Positions 11,230 to 23,254 of a stretch of 64,000 nt of DNA are shown one piece after another. How positions within the stretch are numbered: the first letter of the stretch is position 1; each line of letters opens with the position of its first letter. The position numbers were made by a program, and so were the translations under genes. The stretch is taken from positions 10,889,888 to 10,953,887 of the forward strand of contig NC_092676.1 in NCBI RefSeq assembly GCF_964355755.1, in the 5' to 3' direction. This stretch comes from Antedon mediterranea. Lineage: Eukaryota > Animalia > Echinodermata. The notes below the pieces were generated by a model. The model saw nothing but the letters and a program-made list of their open reading frames with translations. It searched no databases and was not told where the DNA came from.

Positions 11230-13740
11230 TTTCGTCATGCATTGCAGAGAACGAATAAAATCGGTCCTTGATATATTAATTAGTGAACAACAGAAAGGAT
11301 TTATTAATGGGAGATATATAGGCGAAAATACAAGACTTATGTATGATATTATTCAAATTTGTAAAAAGAAGAAAATTCCTGGTCTGCTTTTACTGATAGA
11401 CTTTGAAAAAGCGTTCGACTGCATTTCTCACACATTTGTTAACTGCGTTCTTAAACATTTTAACTTCGGACAATCCATTAAAAAATGGGTGAACGTACTA
11501 TATAAAGATGCAAAATCCTCAGTTCTCCGAATCATTCTTAATCGAAAGAGGATGTAGACAAGGGGATAGGTTCAGTCCCTACCTGTTTCTTCTTTGCGCA
11601 GAAATTTTATCCTCAATGATATCTGAAAATAAACAAATTAAAGGAATATCAATTGCAAATCATGAGTATCGATTATCTCAGTATGCGGACGACACTGTAT
11701 TGTTTCTTGACGGTAAAGAAAAGTCAATGCACGAAGCATTTAAGACTCTCGACGTATTTTACAAAATGTCCGGGCTAAAAGTGAATGTGAACAAAACAAA
11801 TGCTGTCTGGGTTGGCTCGTTTAAAGACCGAGGTGACTCAATGATGCGAAAACTATAATATAAAATGGATCAAACATGGAGAACCTTTTGAATCATTGGG
11901 TATTCGCTTCAGTACAAATTTAAATAAAATGATAGATTTGAACTATGAAGACGTATATAAATCAATAAAAAATACAATGAGACATTGGTCAAAAAGAAAC
12001 TTAACTGTTTTGTTGGGAAGAATCACGGTAGTTAAGTCTTTATTACTGTCCAAACTTACCTATATCCTTTCGACATTACCCGATCCCCCTGAAAATGTAA
12101 CAAAATCACTTAAGTCAGAACTATATCGTTTCATATGGAAAGGGGTGAATAGAATATCCAGAGATCAACTTATACAAGAAAATAAATTTGGAGGCTTACG
12201 AATGGTCGATATAAACGCATATATTCAATCGGTAAAAATCACGTGGGTTAGACGGTAAGTAACGTCCAATGAGACGGGATGGGCTCTTTTAGTTCCACTC
12301 GTGTTGAATATTCATAAAACTTGGCTCATAGAAGGCGGATCATCGAAATTAATCAAACTAGCGAAGGTTAAGCCTTACAATGCATTTTGGCTGAATGTAA
12401 TAAAGGCGTGGTGCGTATTTGTGAAACACAACACTCCTATGAGCACCGAATCGATATGTAGACAAACAGTCTGGATGAATGACAATATTAAAGTCGGCGG
12501 AGAAAGTATCTACAGTATTATAAAAACTGGAGCAATCATGGGGTGAATTTTATAAATGATTTAGTTGATAGACATGGAATAACTCAATTAAAACAACTTA
12601 GTAAACATCATAATCATCAACTTTCTTCAATATGAAGGCCTAATACATGCGGTCAGACAACATACGTCTTTATATCAAATTTCTCCAAAAGGAAAAATAA
12701 ATAGCCCACTACTACCTTTTAACCTTAGCGTAGTAATAAAAAATAAAAAAGGATCAAAGCTAATTTATAATCAACTCTAGAAAAAAACAATCGAAAGCTA
12801 AAATTAAGTGGGAGAAGGCATTGGATACTTTATATGTTGATAAAGAGTGGGAAATTATTAATACCATGTTTTTCTCACTTACTATGTCCACACCACAAAT
12901 CTGGTTTCAATATAAAATTGTGCATAGAATTTTAGGTAATAACTCCTTTTTGTATAAAATTGGGAAATTGACTCACCTTTATGTGCTTTATGTAAAGCAG
13001 AAACAGAAACCTTAATACATATTTTTGCACAATGCTGTAAAATTAAAATATTTTGGAGAAAGATTAAACAATGGTTGAAATCATATTTTAATATAAATGT
13101 AATTATCAACCCAGAATTATGCCTTTTTGGAGTTAGAAAAAAAACATTTAAAGCCCTAAATACTATTTTACTAATTTGTAGACACTACATATATAGCTGT
13201 AAAATGAGAAAAATTAAGCCTAATATTGCTTGATTCGTGAATGAGATTAAGTTACACGTTAGGCCTAAACAAGAAGAATTTATTTTGAAAACTAAAGGGG
13301 AGCATCATACTTATTTAAACAAATGGAGTCCTTTCTTGGAAAAACATGAACTTATTGACTGGTAACTTTGCATTAAAAATAAAAAAGGACTTAGTACTGT
13401 TTTTTATATAATGTTTTTTTAATCTTGAATTATTTATAGAACTTTTATCATCTGTTTATTTAGTAAGTAATAACTATTTATTTGAATAAGAAAGTTTTAT
13501 GTTTAATTAAATAATTTTTTTGTGGAAATATGCTAAAAAAAAAAAAAATGACAACAAATTATTTATAGACTTTGTTTTTAAGAGAAAAGAAAAAGTAGAC
13601 TTATATTTATTACATTATGAAATTATTTATATTTTGTTCTTAAGAGAAATGCATATTGTGTATTACTATTAATAAGAAAGTGTTATTATTTTAAGCTATT
13701 TTTTAAATTAAAATATAAAAGTGTTCAATAAAAAAAAAAT
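11230..13740 (+). mobile_element. 5'-truncated L1-clade (Tx1-like) LINE, degenerate RT/ORF2 plus 3' UTR
   Basis: Frameshifted ORFs 11237-13015 carry QKGFINGRYIGENTR, LLLIDFEKAFD, GCRQGD.FSPYLF, SQYADDT, GRITVVKSLLLSKL and GGLRMVD; A-rich tail after AATAAA near 13727. Confidence 0.9.
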
Positions 13741-13829
13741 AAATCCTTTAAACTGATGAATTTACAGACGTGTTTCTCGCAAATCGTCTCGAGAATCGCA
13801 TACTCCCAGGAATATATATATATATATAA

Positions 13830-16530
13830 ACCTTATTTAGACACGAAACTGATGTGCAGTACAATTCGTTCAATCAATATTGATTGTTTTTACACAAGTT
13901 CGTGATACTGTATTACAAAAAAAAAAAAATCAACACCATATAAATGCGACAGAAACAAAAAAAATTGAAATTGAAAAGAAACAAAATTACAGCAGAATCT
14001 CCTTCATCTGACACCTCTATTTATGGTACACCATACCGGTACTTCCCGTGTAAACGGAAACCCTTATCGAAGTGTATAATTTATGGGAATTCTACTGTAA
14101 TACATAATAAATCTTTTTGATTTGTATGTACACCATCGTAGATACCCTTATGTTTTACAATGCATTTTTCAGATACTTTTTAAACAACTTAACTGAATTT
14201 GGAAGGGTATCAACATTGAGACTATTCCATATAATTGCTCCACGATAAGACAGACTTCGTTTTTTTAAATCAGTTTTTGGCTTCGGGATGAATAGATGTG
14301 TATCACTGTGCCTTAGATTATAATTTATATCATTGTATGTAAATACATTATTTAGGTAAGGTGGGGCATTATCTGTCAAAACCTTATATATAACCATACA
14401 ACATTCATATCTATCTTGATAAAATAAAGGTGACCAATTAATTTGTCTTAGTGCCTCACTACTAGGTTTGTCCCATGTTAGACCACATACGATTCAAGCT
14501 GTTCTGTTTTGGATAGTTTGAACTCTTTTCATTAGAGTTTGACTACTATTTCCCCAAATTATGTTACAATAGCTCAAGTAAGGTATTACAATAGAGTTTG
14601 CAATATGTTTTAATATGTTTTGTGGAAAATAATAGCTACATCGTCTGAGCATACCCAATTCATTTAGAGCTTTACCTTGAATGTATTCAATCTGATTTTT
14701 CCATGATAAATGTTCGTCTATTATGATACCGAGATGTTTGCAATATCGAACGCGTGGTACAACATCGTTATCTATATTAACTGATCTATTTTTTTCTTTG
14801 GTGGTTGCCAATCGGTTTGTCGATCCGATCAACATGAACTCGGATTTAGAGACATTTAGACTCAATTTATTATTTTTTAGCCAATCGTCGATTTGTATAA
14901 GTTCTTCATTTATACTTTGGTATATTTCATTTTCATTTTTTGAAGAATAATAAATTATACAGGGAAAAATTTCATTTTAAAATTTTGTTTAGCAATATTG
15001 CGAATCAAACTGATTTTTTAGTCGAGAATCATAGTTTTCTATCGTATTTTTTGCTACACAATTGTAGAAATGTGTAGCAAGAAGGTTGTTTTGTATAGCT
15101 TTTTGCTATGCTACACTGGCGAAATTATTCCCTGTTATAGTATCGTCAGCATACATACTTATTTTACATTTGTTTGCAACTTTCGATAGGTCATTTATAT
15201 ATAAGAGGAAAGCAAGTGGGCCCACGATTGACCCCTGAGGCACTCCACATTGGATGTGTGTATAGTCAGACAATGTATTATTTACATTTGTGAATTGCTT
15301 TCGCTCAGACAGATAGCTCTCGAACCATTTTAAAACATATTTACTTAAACCATAAAGTCTCAATTTGCTTAATACTGTAGTATGTTATGGTTTACCGTAT
15401 CAAAGGCCTTTTTAAAATCTAGTAAACAGATTCCGACCAGCTTACCCTCGTCTATTGCACTATACCAGTCTTCCGTCACTTTTGTAAGTGCAGTAGATGT
15501 TGAGTATAATGGTCGAAAACCTGATTGATTTATACATAACAGATTATTATTATTCAAAAAACCATAAAGTTGATTAAAAACGACTCGTTCAATTATTTTT
15601 GAAAGTATAGGTAGGACGGAAATGGGACGATAATTATTAGGGTTAGTTTTTTCACCATTCTTAAAAATTGGCGTGACCTTTGCTATTTTCCACGTATTTG
15701 GGAATTTACATGTTGTGAAAGAGTGATTTATGATTCTTGTAATTGTTGGGGATATAATCGGGGCAGACAGTTTTAGAATGCCCGGTGGTAAGTTATCATG
15801 ACCAGTGGCTTTGTTTTTTGAAAGATTACTTAAGTATTTATATACAAATTCACATGTGATGTGTTCGAATTCAAAATTATTTTCGGTGAAAGCATCGATT
15901 TCATCATAATTTATATCATTTATCGGCTCATGTATTTGTGATGCAAGATTTGAACCTATATTTGAGAAAAATGTATTAATTTCATTTGCGATGTCCTTAG
16001 CTTTATAGAGGACATCGCCATTATCATTGCAAATTGTTTGAATAGTTTGAGTTTTCTTTTTTGACGATATAATATATTTTATGGTATCCCATGTTTTTTT
16101 TACATCCTTTTTATTTTCTTTTACACTTTCTTTAATAAAATTAGCTTTACTTTTACGTATTAATTTATTGCACATATTTCTATACTTTCTGTACCTTTTC
16201 CAGAGTGATTCATTTTTAGAATGTTTACATTCTCTTTTGAGTTTATCTCTTTCTCTCATATTTTCAATTACATCATCAGAGAGCCAAGAAGCTGTTTTTT
16301 TACGTACCCTGTGTTTTTTCCAAGGAGCATGTTTATCTAAAATGTTGGTTAGTGTAGTTTCGAGAAGTTTGGCACTCTGACTTACGTCGCCACTGGCGGT
16401 AATACCATTCCAATTTACCATTAATAAATCGTTTAAAAAACTGTCTTCATTACATTTTTTAAAGTTTCGTGTCATTTTATAATTATGATCCTGTTTAATA
16501 ATTTTATTTGTTTTATTGGAATCTTTATAA
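13830..16530 (-). mobile_element. 5'-truncated CR1/L2-group LINE, degenerate ORF2
   Basis: ORFs 15369-16475, 15106-15363, 14494-14865 and 14155-14397 carry NYRPISVLP, QSGFRP, DFKKAFDTVNH, GVPQGSIVGP, MYADDT and SLSYRGAIIWNSL. Confidence 0.92.
14960..15134. mobile_element. 175-bp MITE (CAGGG termini, 5-bp TSD) inserted just after the LINE YADD motif
   Basis: CAGGGAAAAATTTC / GAAATTATTCCCTG with TSD TTATA (14955-14959, 15135-15139). Removing it restores the frame YADDTIIYYSSKNE...WLKNNKLSLNVSK. Confidence 0.8.
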
Positions 16531-16967
16531 AAGGTAGCCGATCACTCCGGCCGCGCTTCACTCCGGCCGCCGTATCAGTTTAGCGCGATGTTATGCACTC
16601 CGGCCGCTATTCAATTCGACTTCCTGTGCAAAGGGACCGTTGGTATGGAGCGCCCATATCTACGTTTTCTATACTGTTCTTGGTGAATTTAAATGGAACT
16701 ACAGGGTAGTTGAATATTTATTAGCAACAACTTTACTTTTTTCATTAACAATAACATTCAAAGAAGTTGGAACTGCTTTTTCTTTCAAACTAAACTTAAC
16801 TTAACTTTTTCCTTTCAAATAATCAAATACCCGTCTAATTAATGCTTGAATAATAATATTTAATTTCTTTCTATGTACATTTTATAGCTTTACATTTATT
16901 AACATTAAAAATTAGTTAAAAACCTTATTTTTATAACACTTTATCTTGCCATACCCATACTTACTAA

Positions 16968-17190
16968 TTATAGTTAATAACAATATGTATTAATTAATTA
17001 ATTTCAAATAATCAATTATTATTGATGTTTGTTATAGTTAATAACAATATTTACAATATTAATTTATTTATTTCAAATAATCAATTATTATTGATGTTTG
17101 TTATAGTTAATAACAATATTTACAATATTAATTTATTTATTTCAAATAATCAATTATCCGTATAATTAATGTTTGAATAACAATATTTAG
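16968..17190. repeat. AT-rich tandem repeat, ~65-69-bp unit, ~3 copies
   Basis: TTATAGTTAATAACAATAT...TTTCAAATAATCAATTAT repeated. Confidence 0.8.
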
Positions 17191-17344
17191 TTTCTTTCTA
17201 TATACATTTTATGTTTAATGCTAGTACCCCATAAAAAATGAGATCGAGATCCCGATCGGGATGCGGTGGAATCCCACCGGGATGGGGCCATCCCGGTGGG
17301 ATTTGACGATTCCACCGGGACGGGACCGGGACACATATACATGT

Positions 17345-17600
17345 CGATGTGTTGATGAGATATTGATATAAATCGGCTTTTAAAAATGAAATAACACTAA
17401 TATTTGTAGATGAATATGAAGTGGACACGTATACATTATGTTGATGTGTATATTGATATACATCGACTTTTAAAATTTAAATAACACTAAAATTTGTAGA
17501 TGAATATGACGTGGACACGTACATTATATTGATGAGAAATTGATATAAATCGACTTTTAAAAGTGAAATAACACTAATATTTGTAGATGATATGACATTT
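17345..17600. repeat. Tandem repeat, ~90-bp unit, ~3 copies
   Basis: TTGATATA.ATCG.CTTTTAAAA...AAATAACACTAA.ATTTGTAGATGA repeated three times. Confidence 0.8.
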
Positions 17601-18739
17601 ATGTTGATGTATATATATTTTTTTATTACAACTTGTAAATAACTTTTAAGATAAATGCCATTTTGTAACTGTAGCGGTGCTATACAGTATTTGGTTTAGA
17701 CTTGCCCCAAGTCTGTATTATCTTTTTTTTTTATTTATTTGTTTTTATTTCGACCGCGATTTTTGTCTGAAAATACAAATCAATTAGTATACGTATGAAA
17801 CGCCATATGTGCCAAAATATTTATCTTTTTACTAATATTAAGACAAAACTCCATCTGGAACCCAGATTATTTGGTTTGGCGCGTCAGTAGCATAAGAGGT
17901 ACGAATGAGATGCATCCTTCGTCGCTGCTACTCAATCTTATGCATCAAAAAAGCTTGTTTTTGGGTATGTTTTATCTTTAATTTGTTAATATTAGTTTAA
18001 GTAATTGTTTGAGATCATTAATTGCCAGACTACAGCATGTTTGATGCTAATTTAACGTAGTTTTCTTAGTTGGAAAGTTAGACATTCATCTAACACGATG
18101 TGTGTGTTCTCATGCTTCGAGCATGTTCGAGCATCTTAAGGTCAAGTGACGAAGATGGATCACTTTACGGTCACGTGTCAAAACAGTAGATTCCAAGATG
18201 GCTGCGCCCATCGGAGCTAATACATTTTTTATATTATTGCTTGTGATATTGATAATTGATTATAAACCTTCATTATTTCGATTTAATAACTATTGATTTA
18301 TTGAAAGAAAGTCATTAATTGATTGTTATATGTAGGTACCTAACATAAAAATTCAAACTTATTGAAACAGATCGAGTCATGCATCAAAAAATGAAGGAAA
18401 AAAATAGAAATTTAATAACACAAAAATAATTAAAATTCGTCAACATGGTAATTTTTTATAATTTTTTTAATGTTTTTTTTTTCATAAAAAATCAGTATAG
18501 GCATTTCAATGCATAAGAAAAAAAAGTGTGGCAATGAAGTGCAATATTCTTAAAAATTGTTTTAAAATTATTATTTTTCCAAACATGAATCTACCTCTTC
18601 TCAACTACAACCAAACCCATTTACGTTATAACAACTTTTTCCCTACCCTCTGACAACACCAACCATATGCTTTTAGAAGAATTTAATCTACCTGAGATAA
18701 AAAGGCTAATAAATAGTTAAATGTGAAGCTCCCGACAAC

Positions 18740-18885
18740 TCAAATGGCAAGGGGACCAATTTTGGGGCCTCTTTTTTTGTTATGTTTATCAACGATTTTT
18801 CCATTGTTCCTCATTATTCTAATGTTTTGTAATGTTTGTTCTTATGTTTGCTGAAGATATTAAATTATTTAAGTCTATACAAACC
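18740..18885 (+). pseudogene. Old CR1/L2-type RT fragment interrupted by the younger LINE (resumes ~23530-23590)
   Basis: GPILGPLF..FINDF and LMFAEDIKLFKSI precede the LINE; NMLLLQNDVDRLIHWCN follows its tail. Confidence 0.6.
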
Positions 18886-19063
18886 TTAAATTTTTTTTAC
18901 AACAGAGGGCGCTATGTAATGAAGACGTACAGTTACTGAGCTCCGTCAAAGCTAAAACTTATCGAACTCCCAAAAGTAAGTTAAAGGATGAAATAAACTG
19001 AACGTAAGTTTTAAACAGCTTCTACAATCAAATAAAAGTAAAATAAGAAGTCTATTGTAAAAA

Positions 19064-19879
19064 ATGAGTGCTACTAGAGCGAAATCTAAACAAATATCTG
19101 AAACTACTGAGGCAACGCCTATGCCACGTCAGCTTAAAGTTCCCGCGACTACTGACTTGAGGACTGACACGTCATCTTCTGAAATAAAGGCCCTGAGAAA
19201 AGATCTAAAAGAGATGTTTGTTGATATTAATAAAAGAATCGAAGATGGAATATCGTCGATCAAATCCAATCAACAAGTACTAATAGAAAGAATAACAAAA
19301 GTGGAAGAAACACAACGTATTATGGACCAGTCATTGGAATATTACACAACATCCACTACGGAAACCCAAGCGAGTGTAAGTAGATTAAATACACGTATTG
19401 ACAACATTGAAACAGAACTGAAGGAGAAAAATAAGCAAATTAGTAACCTAGAAGTGAATATTCATAGAATGGAAAGATATTCAAGAGGATTTAATTTACG
19501 ATTTGGAGGAATAAATGAAGATGAGAACGAAAATACACTAGATAAACTAAATAAACTTATAAGCGATAAACTACACCTGAAGGATATTAACATTGAAAAC
19601 GCCCATAGAACCGGTAAACAGACCAGAGGAGACCAAAAACCTAGGCAAATAATTGCTAAATTTATCTATAGGCCAGAACGAAACGAGGTTCTTAAGAAGG
19701 TGAAGTCACTGAAAAATAAAGATTTTTATGCAATGGAGGACCTTACAGCATCAGATGCCAAGAAGAAACGTGAGTACCGAGACATAATGTTGAAAGCATA
19801 CAATGAAGGAAGACATCCTGTATTTAGAAATGGATCATTATATATAGATGGGAGACTATACCGTGAACCTACAAAGTGA
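19064..19879 (+). CDS. LINE ORF1p (coiled coil + RRM-like + C-terminal domain; L1-type)
   Basis: Intact 271 aa; heptad-rich region followed by MERYSRGFNLRFGGINE, IENAHRTG, PRQIIAKF and EDLT motifs. Confidence 0.85.
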   Translation: MSATRAKSKQISETTEATPMPRQLKVPATTDLRTDTSSSEIKALRKDLKEMFVDINKRIEDGISSIKSNQQVLIERITKVEETQRIMDQSLEYYTTSTTETQASVSRLNTRIDNIETELKEKNKQISNLEVNIHRMERYSRGFNLRFGGINEDENENTLDKLNKLISDKLHLKDINIENAHRTGKQTRGDQKPRQIIAKFIYRPERNEVLKKVKSLKNKDFYAMEDLTASDAKKKREYRDIMLKAYNEGRHPVFRNGSLYIDGRLYREPTK

Positions 19880-20218
19880 CCAGACCACACTCTGTTAGTA
19901 AGCAACACACTTATTTAACATGAGATGGTATTTATGTAATTTGGACAAAATACTATCCATGTCTTGTTATTATACACAGCCCCACATTGCTGTGAACTGT
20001 TGCATACAGTGCATTCATATAAGTTGGGGTTGTTTATAAAATTGTATATAAATTTGTATTACTACATTCATTAATAAGGGGTCACGGTAAAATAAAAAAA
20101 AAATATGACGGGGAGCTAATGTACAGATATAGCAAATAAGGTTATATTTATTATCAAATATTTCTTTTGTCATTAGGCCCTATAATTAACTGATATTTAT
20201 TTATATTAACGAAATTAT

Positions 20219-23200
20219 ATGTTTTCAATTCTAAATATTGATAATTTTAATTATGAAGACGAAAATACAACCGCATTTAACTATAAGGAAAACTATTACT
20301 TTAGTATTGATACATTTAAATCCACGTTCAGTCAAACGTCAACTAATAGTTTTTCTATGTTTGCATTAAACTGTAGAAGTATTGTTAACAAATTTGAAGA
20401 ATTTAAAAATTATGTATCCTCTCTCGATTTTGAATTTAATGTAATAGGACTTACTGAAACTTGGCTTTCAAGCAAACATCACCTTGGTTTATATACACTT
20501 CCAAACTATACACCTATCTTTAAAAACAGAGAAACCCAGACAGGGGGATGTGTAGCATTGTACATACACTCAAATATATCATATCAAATAAGAAATGACT
20601 TGTCTGCTATGATAAACGAGGGAGAGTGCATTATAATTGAATTAAAAAATAATGATAAATCAATTATATGTGGAATAATCTACAGGCCCCCTAAAGCCCA
20701 TATTCCAACATTTAATAATCAACTTAGTGAATTAATGCACATGATAAACAATGAAAATAAAAAGGCATACCTTATGGGTGACTTTAACCTAGATCTACAA
20801 AAATATAACTGTGACAATAATGTTCAAACTCACGTAGACAACATGCTAACAGAATCTTTCATTCCACTAGTTAATAAACCCACCCGAATCACAAAAGATA
20901 CCGCAACAGTAATTGACAATATTTATACAAATTATCAGGAATTCCAAAATATTAACACAGGGATATTAGTTAACGACATATCTGACCACTTTGCAGTTTT
21001 CTGCATGGATGATTCAGAAAATTATTCATTACCACGATCAGAAAAATTTATAATAAAAAGAAGCTATACTGATCAACAAAAACGGCAATTTAGACTTGAA
21101 TTACAGGGCTATGATTGGCAATATGTAACTAGCATTGAAAATTCGAATGAATCATATAAATGTTTCTCAGATTCTTTAAAAACAATGATAGATAAGCATT
21201 TCCCACTAAAAAGAGTTAGGTTAAAAGTAGATACAATTAAATCCCCGTGGATAACATATGGAATTCAAAAATCTCTTTGTACCAAAAATAAATTATACAT
21301 CAAATATAAACAGAAACCAACAGATATAAATAAATCTAAATATAAGAAATATAAGAATAAGTTAACATCAATAATAAGAGAAAGGAAAACTACTTATTAC
21401 AAAATGAATTTGAAAAGCACAAGAGTAATATAAAGAAAACATGGGGTGTCATAAACTCATTATTAGGTAGGATGAAACATCAAGACATGCCTCAAAAAAT
21501 GAAAATCAACTCCCATCAACTTAATGACCCAACATCCATAGCGAATGCGTTTAACACATACTTTATAAATATAGGTGACCAAATGACAGGTGATGATAAC
21601 CGTAATAGTAACACCGAATATAAAATACAACATGACATTTTGAATTCAATGTTTTTTAGAGCTGTATCCGAGTCCGATATCATTAAATACATTAATGACT
21701 TAAATGTAAATAAGTCAAGTGGTTGTGATGACATAGGTACCATTTATATAAAAAATAACTCAGATATACTGGCTAAACCGTTATCTCATATAATCAATGT
21801 ATCCCTTCAATCGGGTGTATTTCCTTGTCAACTAAAAATTGCTAAAACAATTCCTGTGTATAAAAAAGGAGCAAGGGAGAACATAGAAAATTATAGACCA
21901 ATATCGATATTACCATGTATATCTAAGGTATTTGAAAGGGTCGTATATGACCAAACAATCGCTTTTTTTGTGTAAATATGATATGTTACATGAATCTCAA
22001 TATGGATTCAGGGCAGGTCATTCAACTAACCACGCCCTCCTACAAGTCCTTGATAAAATAACAACAGCCGTTGACAACAAGCAATTTATGATTGGCGTAT
22101 TTTTGGATTTATCCAAGGCGTTCGATTCGATAGATCATGAATTATTGCTCACAAAATTGCCCCATTATGGAATAAGAGGCGTGGTTCTTGATTGGTACCG
22201 AAGCTACCTTAGAGAAAGACAACAACTCGTACAAATTGGGAAGTGTCAGTCTGTAACCAAAATAATAAAACAAGGCGTTCCACAAGGGTCAATCCTTGGA
22301 CCCCTGCTGTTTTTGATTTTCATAAATGACATGTTTTCTGTAAGTAATGTCGTTGATTTAATAATGTTTGCAGATGATACGAATATGTTTTTACAACACA
22401 ATGATATCGTCACTGCCTTTACAATAATGACAAATGAACTAAATAAAATTGAGAAATGGTGTAAAACTAATAGATTAACTATTAATACAACCAAGACTAC
22501 GTATATGTTATTTAGTGGAAAGAATACCAACATTGACACATCCCAATTTGTACTTTCAATAAATAGAGTTTCAATAGACAGAGTACCATATACTAAATTT
22601 CTCGGTGTCGTCATTGATGAGAAACTGAACTTTAGACACCATACAAATGCAGTTTCTTGTAAAGCATCCTCAATAATTGGTGCCATGTGTCATATAAAAA
22701 AATTAGTATCTACTGAAGTGTTACTTACCATATACAAGACACTTATATTACCAGTGTTGACATATGGTATTATTGTATGGGGTGCGGGGAACAAAGACAA
22801 TTTGGATCGCCTTCTATTGCTTCAAAAAAAAGCTCTTAGGATCATTTGTAAGGTAGACTTTCATCATCCCTCTTCTCAGCTCTTTGTGAAAACGGGCACA
22901 TTTAATATATTTGATTTGTATAAAAACAGTGTTTTAAATTTTATGTTTAAATACCAAAAAGGACAACTTCCAAAATGTTTTAATTCTTTATTCAGTTTAT
23001 TTGATAATTATCATACATATAACACTCGAAATAAAGACAATTATTGTATAAAATTAAAATCAACTAATATGGGTCAGCAAAGTATAGCATATAGAGGACC
23101 TAAGCTATGGAATCAACTTATAAGAAATATAAGAGAGAGTGAAAATATATCAATATTTAAAAAACTATTACTAAATAAGTGCATTAATAGTTATAAAGAA

Positions 23201-23254
23201 ACAATATATCTATGCGAAAACAACATTTGTAAAATATGTCTAACTTTAACTTAA
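20219..23254 (+). pseudogene. LINE ORF2: APE endonuclease + reverse transcriptase, two single-base frameshifts
   Basis: NCRSI, GLTETWL, IYRPP, GDFN, IDNIY, SDHF; NYRPISILP, DLSKAFDSIDH, GVPQGSILGP, FADDT. Frameshifts near 21400 (A run) and 21963 (T run). Confidence 0.92.

Noticed and set aside
16533-16610. GGTAGCCGATCACTCCGGCCGC repeats resembling a TIR
   Set aside because: No matching inverted end or TSD was found in the window.
14723-22686. ORFs antisense to LINE ORFs (14723-14950, 16081-16380, 19726-19908, 21516-21743, 22246-22686)
   Set aside because: They are shadow frames of the retroelement coding strands.
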